Source: Candidatus Latescibacterota bacterium (GTDB lineage: Bacteria > Latescibacterota > UBA2968 > UBA8231). From it: a stretch of 64,000 nucleotides of DNA. The notes below the pieces were generated by a model. That model saw nothing but the letters and a program-made list of their open reading frames with translations, made no database searches and was not told where the DNA came from. Below are positions 1-9,451 of the stretch, piece by piece. The stretch covers positions 864,001 to 928,000 of the forward strand of contig CBDETK010000013.1 in assembly GCA_965242865.1 (NCBI GenBank), written 5' to 3'. Each line of letters starts with the position of its first letter. Position 1 is the stretch's first letter. A program made the position numbers and the translations under genes.

Positions 1-222
1 CTCGCGTCCAAGGCCGATCTTGCCGCGTTGAGAGCCATCTTAAAGGATGATATTGCGCGCTTACAGGCCGAGATTACGCGGGTTGAGAGCAGTCTCAAGG
101 ACGATATTGCGCGCTTGCAGGCCGAGATGGCCGAGCTCAAGGGTAGCGTCAAAATCCTGGTTGTAGTGATGACTTCGGGTTTAGCCCTCCTGAATATCGT
201 TTTGCGTTTCTGGCCCTCGTAA
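1..222 (+). CDS. Coiled-coil protein with C-terminal TM anchor (DUF1640/CCDC90/Bdr-like), 5'-truncated by window edge
   Basis: Frame 1 open from base 1 (LASKADLAALR...LKDDIARLQAE repeats) to a hydrophobic tail ending VLRFWPS; paralog of next gene. Confidence 0.7.
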   Translation, partial: LASKADLAALRAILKDDIARLQAEITRVESSLKDDIARLQAEMAELKGSVKILVVVMTSGLALLNIVLRFWPS

Positions 223-306
223 GCTCATGCCTACGCTAAAAAGGCCATTCCACTGCGTCGCTGGCGATTGCCGCGACACACCTCCCACGAAAGGAGCGTA
301 TCGATT

Positions 307-582
307 ATGGCTACCGTGCCCCCGACGATTGAAGAGCGTCTAGCCCGTCTCGAAGGCGTGTACGATCACCTCGCGTCCAAGGCCGATCTTGCGGAGTTGA
401 GAGCGGACTTAAAGGATGATATGGCGCGGATTGAGAGAGACCTTAAAGCCGATCTTGCGCGGGTTGAGAGCGACCTTAAAGCCGAGCTTGCCGAACTCAA
501 GGGGAGTATCAAAGTTCTGCTGGTAGTGATGACTTCGGGTTTAGCCCTCCTAAATATCGTTTTGCGGTTCTGGCCTTCGTAG
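307..582 (+). CDS. Coiled-coil protein with C-terminal TM anchor (DUF1640/CCDC90/Bdr-like), tandem paralog
   Basis: AAGGAG upstream, ATG 307; LASKADL motif, 11-residue-like repeats (LKADLARVESD), C-terminus nearly identical to the upstream gene. Confidence 0.7.
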   Translation: MATVPPTIEERLARLEGVYDHLASKADLAELRADLKDDMARIERDLKADLARVESDLKAELAELKGSIKVLLVVMTSGLALLNIVLRFWPS

Positions 583-587
583 GCCCG
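556..587 (+). repeat. 32-bp direct repeat, copy 1 (3' end of coiled-coil gene)
   Basis: atcgttttgcggttctggccttcgtaggcccg; 31/32 identical to 2743-2774. Confidence 0.9.
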
Positions 588-630
588 TGTTTCAGTTAAA
601 AAGGTAATTCAAGGAGGGCGAGCTAAAAGG

Positions 631-669
631 CAACCAGCCCCGCCGATATGGTCTCGGCGGGGCTGGTTG
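631..669. terminator. Hairpin between convergent genes, probable terminator
   Basis: 16-bp perfect stem caaccagccccgccga / tcggcggggctggttg. Confidence 0.65.
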
Positions 670-765
670 GTGTACAGGACGGACGCGGGCTTTCTTAGGC
701 GTGGCGTCAGGACCGGGGGTGATGGGCGCGGCGACGCAACGAAACCACCCATCCGCGCTGCCGCT

Positions 766-2586
766 TTACCGACAGCTTCCCAGAAGCTCCATCACGTAAA
801 TCTCCTGATTGTCCCAATCGCCATCGCGATCAGACACAAAGGCTATTTTTCGTCCGTCGGGCGACCAAGCGGGGTCTCCGTCGTGTGCTTTGTTGTCGGT
901 CAGTCGGTAATCGTTAGAGCCGTCCGCATCTATTACATGAATATCAGCAGCCCCGCCGGCGGTGCCGAAGCAAATCCCCGGCTCATTATAGGCGATCTGC
1001 TTTCCGTCGGGTGACCAAGTGGGATTTTCTCCACAGGAGGTTAGCTCGCGCACATTAGAGCCATCGGCATCCATCACGTAAAGAGAGGCCCCGGCTCCAT
1101 TATAGGCGATCTGTGTTCCGTCGGGTGACCAAGCAGGAGTGCCGGAAGAGTTGCTGTTGGTCAACCGGCGTAGGTATTCATCTTCGCCGTCAGCATCCAT
1201 CACGTAAATGTCCGTATAGAAGAGCCAATCGTCACCGCCGCCACGACCAGACACAAAGGCGATCTGTGTTCCGTCGGGTGACCAAGCGGGCTCTCCGTCA
1301 TATTCGCTGTTGTTGGTCAGCCTATGCTCCGTATCCGTCTCCGTATCGAACAAATAAATATCACGATTGCCATCGCGCAGGGAGTCGAAAGCGAAATACC
1401 GTCCATTGGGTGACCAAACGAAATTTGCGATGGATTTGAACCCTTGACTTATGTCGTAAGAGCCATACCAGTTCGCCTCCGTTGCCACGAAGCGCATAGC
1501 AGAATCGCCGTCAACCTCAGCATTGAAATAGATATACTGTCCACTGGGCGACCAAACGGGATTTGCGCTATATGCTGCAACCCCAACATCCTCAGTCAGT
1601 CGGCGTATCGGCCCAGTCACCCAGTTCACTCGCGTTGCCGTTTGCCCGATCCCCGTCGGCAGGGACGCATCCGACGAATTTGCGAGATAGGTCATAATCG
1701 CCAGTAAGTCGTCGAGATTGACCTGCCCATCGTCGGTGACGTCGCCTAAGCCGATATTGCCGTTGTTTGGAGCCACAATGGACGGGTCGAGATTGAACAC
1801 CACCACCAGTAGCGCGTCGCCTAAGTCAACTCGTCCGTCGTTGTTCACATCGCCTAACATACCGCAGGTCAACGCTTTACCCCTCGGCAACTCCTCGACC
1901 GATTGAACCACGAACTCCACCGGCCCCATCTCCGCCCGCACCGCAAAGGCCGCATCCACGTAGGGCACCACGCCCGCGCCCGAAACGACGATACCATAAG
2001 TCCGCTCGGTCGGTTCGGAGGGCGCACTGACCGCCGCGCCAGCCGCTGCCGAAACCGCCGCCGTCCCAGCCTGCCCGTCCACCAGCACCAGCCGCCGCGT
2101 CAACTCCACGCCCGCGCCGCGCAGCCGATAGATGTACACGCCAGCCGCCACAGCCTGCCCGGCCGTATCGGTCGCGTCCCACCGCGCCGCGTGCAAACCG
2201 GCCGGCCGCTCTTCGTCGACCAGCGTTGCCACGCGCTGGCCCAACACGTTGAACACCTCCAGCCGCATGTGCGTCGCCGTGGGGAGCTGATAGGGAATAA
2301 TCGTCGAGGGATTGAACGGATTGGGATAATTCTGCCCCAGCGCAAACCCCTGCGGCACCACGGGGCCGCCCAACGCCGCCAGCGGCAGCGCGAAATGCCC
2401 GTCCGCATCGGTCGTCACCTGCGCCACCGGGCCGCGCTGCAACGCCGCCAAATCGAAAATCATCACTTGGGCGGCGGCCACCACTTCACCCGAAGAAAGG
2501 CGCACTCGCCCCTCTACCAGCGGCTCGGCGGCTAGAGGGGACGCCAACACCAGCCCGACGAACGCGACGATGGATGCTTTTTGCAT
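766..2586 (-). CDS. Secreted modular protein: signal peptide, FlgD-Ig/T9SS-type A-like domain, dockerin-like domain, TolB-like (PD40) beta-propeller
   Basis: Signal peptide; LGQNYPNPFNPSTII motif; GDVNNDGRVD and GDVTDDGQVN dockerin repeats; repeated PAWSPDGxQIAF. Confidence 0.85.
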   Translation of the reverse strand: MQKASIVAFVGLVLASPLAAEPLVEGRVRLSSGEVVAAAQVMIFDLAALQRGPVAQVTTDADGHFALPLAALGGPVVPQGFALGQNYPNPFNPSTIIPYQLPTATHMRLEVFNVLGQRVATLVDEERPAGLHAARWDATDTAGQAVAAGVYIYRLRGAGVELTRRLVLVDGQAGTAAVSAAAGAAVSAPSEPTERTYGIVVSGAGVVPYVDAAFAVRAEMGPVEFVVQSVEELPRGKALTCGMLGDVNNDGRVDLGDALLVVVFNLDPSIVAPNNGNIGLGDVTDDGQVNLDDLLAIMTYLANSSDASLPTGIGQTATRVNWVTGPIRRLTEDVGVAAYSANPVWSPSGQYIYFNAEVDGDSAMRFVATEANWYGSYDISQGFKSIANFVWSPNGRYFAFDSLRDGNRDIYLFDTETDTEHRLTNNSEYDGEPAWSPDGTQIAFVSGRGGGDDWLFYTDIYVMDADGEDEYLRRLTNSNSSGTPAWSPDGTQIAYNGAGASLYVMDADGSNVRELTSCGENPTWSPDGKQIAYNEPGICFGTAGGAADIHVIDADGSNDYRLTDNKAHDGDPAWSPDGRKIAFVSDRDGDWDNQEIYVMELLGSCR

Positions 2587-2742
2587 CGTTAAAACTCCTT
2601 GAGATGTAGGGAAAGTTAAAGGATTGACCGCGTTAGGTTAAGGCGATTTTAGACCGCAAGCAAGAAGTCGAGTTTTCATTGACGCCGCTCTATTTCGTCG
2701 TATATGTTCATACAAGTACAAGCACACCCCAAACCAACCGAA

Positions 2743-2774
2743 ATCGTTTTGCGGTTCTGGCCCTCGTAGGCCCG
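2743..2774 (+). repeat. 32-bp direct repeat, copy 2 (orphan 3' end of the coiled-coil gene family) upstream of gdhA
   Basis: atcgttttgcggttctggccctcgtaggcccg; reads IVLRFWPS-stop. Confidence 0.9.
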
Positions 2775-2799
2775 AATAACAGGATAACAGGAGAATGAC

Positions 2800-4089
2800 A
2801 TGTCTTTGTTTAGCGACGCCAGCCAGCGGCTGGATGAAGCACTTGCGTACGCGTCTATTTCCGAGGACGCGATCGAGCGGCTCAAGTTGCCCAAATCGAG
2901 TTTGAAAGTCTCCATCCCGGTGCGGATGGACGACGGGGCGTTGCGCATTTTTCCGGGCTATCGAGTGCGCTACGACGACACCCGCGGCCCCACCAAAGGC
3001 GGCATCCGCTACCACCCAGACGTGTCCAGCGACGAGGTGCAGTCCTTGGCCTTTTGGATGACCTTCAAATGCGCGGTCGCCAATTTGCCCTTTGGCGGCG
3101 GCAAGGGCGGCATCACGGTCAATCCCAAGGAACTGTCCCATTTTGAGCTGGAGCGACTCAGCCGGGGCTACATCGACGCCATGGCCGACTTCATCGGCCC
3201 GGACATCGACATTCCGGCCCCGGACGTCTATACCAATCAGATGATCATGGGTTGGATGGTGGATGAGTACAGCATTATCAAGCGGCAGATCACGCCCGCA
3301 GTCATCACCGGCAAGCCCCTGACCATGGGGGGGAGTCTCGGGCGCGATACAGCGACCGCGATGGGGGCCTTTTTCACCATTGAGGCCACTTGGCCCAAGC
3401 TCGGATTTAGAGGATCGCCGGCCGCCACAACTGTGGCCGTACAAGGGTTTGGCAATGCCGGGGCCATCGTCGCCGAGTTGCTCTTCAATGCGGGGTATAA
3501 GATCGTGGCCGTAAGTGACTCCAAAGGAGGCATTTACCGGCGCGAAGGGCTCGACATCCCCAGCGTGCGCCAGTTCAAGGATTCGACCCGCACCCTCAAG
3601 GCGGTGTACTGCGAGGATACGGTGTGCAGCATCGTCGAGCACGAGACCATCACCAACGAGGAGTTGCTCGCGCTCGACGTCGATATTTTGGCGCCAGCGG
3701 CCTTGGAAAACCAGATCACCGAGGCCAACGCCCGCGGCATTCGGGCCAAGGCGGTGTACGAACTGGCCAACGGCCCCACCACATCGGGGGCCGACGAGAT
3801 TTTGCGGCAGCGGGACGTGGTCGTATTTCCCGACATCTTGGTCAACGCCGGCGGCGTGACCGTGAGCTATTTCGAGTGGGTGCAGAACCGCCAAGGTCTG
3901 TACTGGACCTTAGATGAGGTCAACGAGCGGCTCAAGCAGAAAATGGTCGCGGAGTCCGAGCACATCTGGGCCATTGCCCAAGCGCAGGGCATTGCGCCGC
4001 GCACGGCCGCGTACGTCCACGCCTTAAACCGAATCGGCGACGCCGTGCAAGCCAAGGGGACCAAAGAGTACTTCGTCGATGGGGCGTGA
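2800..4089 (+). CDS. gdhA: Glu/Leu/Phe/Val-family glutamate dehydrogenase
   Basis: GPTKGGIRYHP, GGGKGG, PAPDV, VQGFGNAG, NAGGVTVSYFEW motifs; AGGAG RBS. Confidence 0.95.
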   Translation: MSLFSDASQRLDEALAYASISEDAIERLKLPKSSLKVSIPVRMDDGALRIFPGYRVRYDDTRGPTKGGIRYHPDVSSDEVQSLAFWMTFKCAVANLPFGGGKGGITVNPKELSHFELERLSRGYIDAMADFIGPDIDIPAPDVYTNQMIMGWMVDEYSIIKRQITPAVITGKPLTMGGSLGRDTATAMGAFFTIEATWPKLGFRGSPAATTVAVQGFGNAGAIVAELLFNAGYKIVAVSDSKGGIYRREGLDIPSVRQFKDSTRTLKAVYCEDTVCSIVEHETITNEELLALDVDILAPAALENQITEANARGIRAKAVYELANGPTTSGADEILRQRDVVVFPDILVNAGGVTVSYFEWVQNRQGLYWTLDEVNERLKQKMVAESEHIWAIAQAQGIAPRTAAYVHALNRIGDAVQAKGTKEYFVDGA

Positions 4090-4159
4090 TCCGGCTGAAT
4101 TGACGTTAGGCGGGACGGCGGCTATATTGCGCAAAACTCAGCAAGACACAGGAGACCCG

Positions 4160-4924
4160 ATGCCTACTTCAGCGATTGGCGCCCAGTTGTTTACGGTGCG
4201 CGACTATGCCAAAACCCCAGACGACATTCGCCAGACCTTCGCCAAGGTGCGCGCGCTCGGGTACGAGGCGGTGCAAGCCTCGGCCCTAGGGGCGATCGCA
4301 CCGGCCGAACTCGCCGCAATAAGCCAAGCCGAAGGGGTGCAGATCGCGGCCACGCATACCAGCTACCAGCGCATCTGCGCCGAACCACAAGCCGTCGTCG
4401 AGGAGCACCAGCTATGGGGGTGCCGCCACGTGGCCATCGGCGGCTTGCCCCAGGAATACCGGCACCGCGAGGGCTTTGTGCGCTTTGCGGCCGAGGCTTC
4501 GGAGGCCGCGCGGCCCCTCATCGACGCCGGCCTGACCTTTAGCTACCACAACCACAGCTTTGAGCTGGAGCGCTTTGCCGGGCGCACCGGGTTGGACATC
4601 CTCCGCGAGGAGAGCGACCCGGCCGTCTTTTCCTTTGAAATAGACACCTATTGGATCCAACACGGCGGCGGCAACCCGGCCTCGTGGTTGGACAAGTTCC
4701 GCGACCGCATGCACCTCGTCCACCTCAAAGACCTGAGCATGGACGGTGCGCGGCAATGCTTTGCCGAAGTCGGGGAGGGGAACTTGGAGTGGGGGCCTAT
4801 TCTCGCGGCCTGCAAAAGAGCGCAGATCGACTGGTACTTGGTCGAACAAGACACCTGCCCCGGCGACCCCTTTGCCAGCTTGGGCCTGAGCTTGCGCAAC
4901 CTGCGGGCCATGGGGTTGGATTAG
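4160..4924 (+). CDS. Sugar phosphate isomerase/epimerase (xylose isomerase-like TIM barrel)
   Basis: GAQLFTVR, YHNHSFE, FEIDTYW, HLKD, VGEG, VEQD motifs; AGGAG RBS before ATG 4160. Confidence 0.88.
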   Translation: MPTSAIGAQLFTVRDYAKTPDDIRQTFAKVRALGYEAVQASALGAIAPAELAAISQAEGVQIAATHTSYQRICAEPQAVVEEHQLWGCRHVAIGGLPQEYRHREGFVRFAAEASEAARPLIDAGLTFSYHNHSFELERFAGRTGLDILREESDPAVFSFEIDTYWIQHGGGNPASWLDKFRDRMHLVHLKDLSMDGARQCFAEVGEGNLEWGPILAACKRAQIDWYLVEQDTCPGDPFASLGLSLRNLRAMGLD

Positions 4925-4933
4925 GAGGAAATC

Positions 4934-6115
4934 ATGCAGGAAATGCTCGTTCCTTGGGCCGCTTGGTACGGCGAGGCCCCGTTCAAAATGCAATTTCCCG
5001 ACCATTGGGACGTGGCGGTTCACCGCATGCGCGGCGGGCCGGACATCGGCGACGCCGGCATTCGTCGGGCACTGCAAGAGGCCATTGGCGCTCCGCCGCT
5101 GCGCGAATTTGCCCGCGGCCGGTCTTCGGCCGCCATCTTGATCGACGACCTGTCGCGCCCCACGCCGGCGTTTCGGCTGTTGCCGTACGTGCTCGAAGAG
5201 CTGGCGGCAGCCGGGATTGGGGCCGACGCCGTAAAAATTATCTGCGCGCTGGCCGCTCACCGCCCCATGACCCGCGACGACTTGGTCAAGAAGGTCGGGT
5301 TGGACATCGTCGAGACGATGCAGGTGTTCAACCACAACGCCTACGAGAACTTGGAGTTTTTGGGCTACTCCAGCCGCGGCATCCCGATTTGGGTCAACCG
5401 CGACATGACCTCCTGCGAGGTCCGCATTGCCTTGGGGATGATCACGCCGCGCGGCGGCATGTTCGGCGGCGGGGCCAAATTGCTCATTCCCGGGGCTTGT
5501 GGGCAGCAGACGATTTTGCTCAACCACCGCCACGTTCACGAAAATTTTCGCGCCCACCTGTCCGAGGTGGCGAGGATGGCTGGGGTGCGCTATATCGTCA
5601 ATCCGCTGCTCAACGAGGACTTGGAGATCTCGGGCTTGGTCGCTGGGGACACGGATGCGGCCTTTGAGCGGGGCTGCGAGTTGGGGCGCGTCCAGTACGC
5701 AACCTCCGTGCCCGACGCCTTTGACATTGGGGTGTTCAATGCCTTCCCCAAGGATACGGAGTTGTGCCAAGCCGGGTTGGCCATGACGCCGTTGGGCGGA
5801 ACCGAGAAAACCCCCTTCAAGGAAAACTCGACTACGGTCATGTGCTCGGCTAGCCCGGAGGGGCTGGGCTGGCACTCGGTGTTGGGGCCGGGCACGGCGT
5901 TGCGGGGAAAGCCCGGCCGCCCGGCCCGCCGCACCATCTTGTTTTCGCCGAACATCAACAAATGGGATGCGGCCTTGCTCTTTGGCGAAGGGGTCATTTT
6001 CTGCAAGACTTGGGAGGCCGTATTGAGCGAATTGGAAAAACACCACGGGGCCGGTGCGAAAGCATCGGTCTTTCCGGCGGGTGCGCTGCAACGGGCCGCC
6101 GATGCCAGCTACTAA
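4934..6115 (+). CDS. Lactate racemase (LarA/DUF2088) family protein
   Basis: IDDLSRPTP, AAHRPMT, GGGAKLLIPG motifs. Confidence 0.8.
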   Translation: MQEMLVPWAAWYGEAPFKMQFPDHWDVAVHRMRGGPDIGDAGIRRALQEAIGAPPLREFARGRSSAAILIDDLSRPTPAFRLLPYVLEELAAAGIGADAVKIICALAAHRPMTRDDLVKKVGLDIVETMQVFNHNAYENLEFLGYSSRGIPIWVNRDMTSCEVRIALGMITPRGGMFGGGAKLLIPGACGQQTILLNHRHVHENFRAHLSEVARMAGVRYIVNPLLNEDLEISGLVAGDTDAAFERGCELGRVQYATSVPDAFDIGVFNAFPKDTELCQAGLAMTPLGGTEKTPFKENSTTVMCSASPEGLGWHSVLGPGTALRGKPGRPARRTILFSPNINKWDAALLFGEGVIFCKTWEAVLSELEKHHGAGAKASVFPAGALQRAADASY

Positions 6116-6126
6116 GAGGAGAAAAC

Positions 6127-6903
6127 ATGCCACCGCTAGCGCGTTTTGGTCTAGAAGGTAAAATCGTCGTCGTCACCGGGGCTGGCCGGGGGATTGGCCG
6201 GACGATTGCGCTCGAATGCGTCCAGTCGGGCGCGCACGTCGCCGTGGGCAGCCGCACCACGTCTGAGTTGGAAACCCTCGCGGCCGAGATCGAGGCGGGG
6301 GGCGGGCGGTGCTTTCATCACCCGCTCGACGTAACGGACGTCCGCGCTATCGAGCGTTTTATGGCCGCGGTCGTGGCGCACTACGGCCGGCTCGACGTGC
6401 TGGTCAACAACGCTGGCTACAACAAGGTCGGCAAAATCCTCGACTGCGACGAAGCGCGCTACGACTTGATCGTCGATGCCAACCTAAAGAACGTGTTTTT
6501 CTGTAGCCAGATTGCCGCGCGGCAGATGATCGCGCAGGGGGCGGGGGGCACCATCGTCAATATCTCGTCCCAAGCCGGCGTGGTCGGCGCGCCGGATCGC
6601 GGCCCGTACTCGGGGGCCAAAGGAGGCGTCAACAACCTGACGCGGACTATGGCCGCAGAATGGGCCGAGTATCAGATACGGGTCAACGCGGTGGCTCCCA
6701 CTGTGACCCGCTCGCCGCTGGCCGAAACCGCGATGCGCGAAAGCCAAGCCTTTGCCGATGCGGTCAAGACCAAAAACCTCCTGCGCGGAGCCTTGGCCGA
6801 GCCGGAGGAAATGTCGGCGCCGGTGATCTTTTTGGCCTCGGACGCCGCGTCGATGATCACCGGCCACACGCTGGTGGTCGATGGGGGCTGGACGATTGTC
6901 TAG
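6127..6903 (+). CDS. Short-chain dehydrogenase/reductase
   Basis: TGAGRGIG, NNAG, NISS, YSGAK, VDGG motifs. Confidence 0.93.
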   Translation: MPPLARFGLEGKIVVVTGAGRGIGRTIALECVQSGAHVAVGSRTTSELETLAAEIEAGGGRCFHHPLDVTDVRAIERFMAAVVAHYGRLDVLVNNAGYNKVGKILDCDEARYDLIVDANLKNVFFCSQIAARQMIAQGAGGTIVNISSQAGVVGAPDRGPYSGAKGGVNNLTRTMAAEWAEYQIRVNAVAPTVTRSPLAETAMRESQAFADAVKTKNLLRGALAEPEEMSAPVIFLASDAASMITGHTLVVDGGWTIV

Positions 6904-7147
6904 CCAGCTATTGCGTTGAATGGCAGCAGGTTGCTGGCTAGGCTTTATCGCAATTCTTTAAGGGCCGCAGGGCCAATTCACTTAAAACAACGGGGCGTCA
7001 AGGCGAGGAAGTGCGCCGTGCAGAACCCGTGGGCGCGGCGACCATACCGAACAAACGCTCCCCAATGCCGCTGCCGTCAACTCGCGTTGTCCCAATCGGT
7101 TAAGCAACTTACTTTAGCAGACCATCGCTAGTACAAGGGGGCTTTGC

Positions 7148-9301
7148 TTGCTGAGACGCTTGCCGATTCACTACCTGCACCACCTCGCCGGGCGCGACGA
7201 CCAAGCCCTGCTCGCACAGCCCGGGGCTCAAACGCTAACCATGCGGGCGTTTTGGGTCGGGTCGTTTCTCAGCTTTTTTCTTGCCGTCGGCGCGCCATAC
7301 GGCAACATGATCATACGCGGTTCCTACATGGCCTTGGACTTCAGCACGCCGGGGGCCATTTTTTTGTTCTTAGTGCTCATCGGGCTGCTCAATGTGCTGT
7401 TCAAGGTCGCGGCCCATCCGCTGGGGGCCGTAGTATGGGCCTTGGTCTCGGGCGCGCTGTACAGCTCGTACTACGGCTGGCTGGCCCCCCTCGATCCGTT
7501 TGCCCCGGGGTTTTTCTTCGCCACCTTCATCCTCGCCTCATCCCTGCTCAATGCGGTCTGGGTCGCTTGCGGGCGGAGCTTGGTCCTCAACCGAGCCGAG
7601 CTGATTCTCGTGTACGTCATGCTGTTGATCGTCGCGGCCGTTTGCACCATGGGCCTGAGCGAACAAATTCTGCCGATGATCACGGCGGTGTTCTACTTTG
7701 CCTCGCCGGAAAACAAGTGGCGGGAAGTGCTCTTTCCGCATTTTTCGGCGCGCCCGGTCCTCGTGGCCGATGGGCGGGACAACAAGCCCTTTTACGAAGG
7801 GCTGACGCCCGGGGAGGAGATTCCCTACGCAGCGTGGGTCGAGCCTTTGGGCTGGTGGGCCGTTTTTCTCTTGGCCCTCTACGTGACCATGGTGTCGGTC
7901 GCGGTCATCGTCCGCCGGCAGTGGATGGAGCGCGAGCGCTTGCCCTATCCGATTACGCAGGTGGGAATCGCCATGGTGCGCGGCGAGGAGCGCGACCGCA
8001 AGATCAATGCCTTTTTTCGCCAGCCGGCCATGTGGGCTGGTTTTATGGTGCCGCTCGTTTTGGGCAGCTTAAAGGCCCTGCACCGCTACGACGCGGCCTT
8101 TCCGGTGGTCTCCCAGACGACGTGGATCCCCTTTGTCGGCAAGCAGACCTTGCAACTGACTGTCAGCTTTGCCATGGTCGGCTTTTCGTACTTCATCAAC
8201 GCCAACATCGCGGCGGGGATCTGGTTGTTCCACCTGTTGGCCAAGGTCGAAAAGGAGTTGTTGACCCTCGCTGGCGTGACGTCCGAGCAAAAAGTGGTCT
8301 ATGGCGTGGCGGACGTTTCCCTGATGGCGTACCAAGGGGTCGGCGCTCTGCTCGCCTTGGTCGGGGTGGGCTTGTGGGTGGGGCGGGAACACTTGCGCAA
8401 CGTGGGTAAAAAGGCCCTCGGCTTGGCCCCCGACGTGGAGGACGGGGACGAGATCATGTCCTATCGCGGGGCCTTTTTCGGGGCAGTGGGCGGGGTCGTG
8501 GTCATGTCGGTATGGCTGTGGGTCATGGGGACGCCGCTGTGGGTGGCGTTTGTTTTCGTGGTCTTGGCCCTGTGCGTGTTTCTCGGGTTGACGCGCATTG
8601 TCGCCGAAGCCGGCCTAGCGGTGGTGCGCGCCCCAATGACGGCCCCGGACTTGGTGATCTTGGGATTGGGAACCGACCTCGTGACCCGGACCGGCGTGTG
8701 GAACGCGTCGTTGGCCTATATGTGGGGCGCGGATGTGCGGGTGTTCGTCATGGCGACCTGCACCAACGCCCTCAAGCTCATCGAGGAAATGGAACCCCGG
8801 CTGCGGCGGCTGGTGTTTTGGGCCATTATTCTCGCGCTCTTCATCGGTGCGCTCGGCTCGTTTTGGATGATTTTCCATCTGGCCTATCAGCACGGCGGCA
8901 TCAATCTCAACGGTTGGTTTTTCAAGGGCGCGCCCGAAACCGCGTACCAAACCGCGTTCAGCAACATGGAGCCGGCCGGCGTTCACTGGCCGGGGCTGGG
9001 GTTTTTGGCCGGCGGGGGGCTGGCGATGGGGGCGATGATGTGGGCGCGGCAACGCCTGCCGTGGTGGCCGGTGCATCCCATCGGCTTTCCCATTGGGGCC
9101 AACGGCATGCTCAACTCGGTGTGGTTCAGCGTGTTTTTGGCTTGGTGTTTTAAGAAGTTGATCATGCGCTTTGGCGGGGTGGCCATGTATCGCCGCAGCC
9201 AGATGTTCTTTTTGGGGCTGATCTGCGGAGAGGTTTCGTGTAATGGAATTTGGTTGGTCATAGATTACTTCACGGGCAAAGTGGGGAACGTCATTTTTTA
9301 G
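7148..9301 (+). CDS. Polytopic membrane protein, DUF6785/DUF6784-like putative transporter
   Basis: 717 aa, many TM segments; RRQWMERERLPYPI and WWPVHPIGF motifs recalled for this family. Confidence 0.72.
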   Translation: MLRRLPIHYLHHLAGRDDQALLAQPGAQTLTMRAFWVGSFLSFFLAVGAPYGNMIIRGSYMALDFSTPGAIFLFLVLIGLLNVLFKVAAHPLGAVVWALVSGALYSSYYGWLAPLDPFAPGFFFATFILASSLLNAVWVACGRSLVLNRAELILVYVMLLIVAAVCTMGLSEQILPMITAVFYFASPENKWREVLFPHFSARPVLVADGRDNKPFYEGLTPGEEIPYAAWVEPLGWWAVFLLALYVTMVSVAVIVRRQWMERERLPYPITQVGIAMVRGEERDRKINAFFRQPAMWAGFMVPLVLGSLKALHRYDAAFPVVSQTTWIPFVGKQTLQLTVSFAMVGFSYFINANIAAGIWLFHLLAKVEKELLTLAGVTSEQKVVYGVADVSLMAYQGVGALLALVGVGLWVGREHLRNVGKKALGLAPDVEDGDEIMSYRGAFFGAVGGVVVMSVWLWVMGTPLWVAFVFVVLALCVFLGLTRIVAEAGLAVVRAPMTAPDLVILGLGTDLVTRTGVWNASLAYMWGADVRVFVMATCTNALKLIEEMEPRLRRLVFWAIILALFIGALGSFWMIFHLAYQHGGINLNGWFFKGAPETAYQTAFSNMEPAGVHWPGLGFLAGGGLAMGAMMWARQRLPWWPVHPIGFPIGANGMLNSVWFSVFLAWCFKKLIMRFGGVAMYRRSQMFFLGLICGEVSCNGIWLVIDYFTGKVGNVIF

Positions 9302-9329
9302 GGTATGAGGTCTATAGCAATTCTACGTT

Positions 9330-9432
9330 ATTCAAGACTGGATTCCCGCGTTCGCGGGAATGACGCCTGAATTCAAGACTGGATTCCCGCCCCGTGTCGG
9401 AGCACGGGGTGACGTTCTTGCGCGGGAATGAC
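9330..9432. repeat. Two tandem CGTC-type/dRS3-like palindromic REP elements
   Basis: ctggattcccgcgttcgcgggaatgac at 9338; second copy from 9379 with an extra internal hairpin ccccgtgtcggagcacgggg. Confidence 0.85.
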
Positions 9433-9451
9433 TCTTCATTATGAACATTAT

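Noticed and set aside
2638-3894. 418-aa minus-strand ORF
   Set aside because: Antisense shadow of gdhA, which carries all the family motifs
4412-6133. 573-aa minus-strand ORF and many other long overlapping ORFs in the track
   Set aside because: Overlap well-supported genes; expected in high-GC DNA with few off-frame stops
6904-7147. Possible riboswitch or ncRNA in the intergenic region
   Set aside because: Only a weak hairpin, with no recognisable conserved motif
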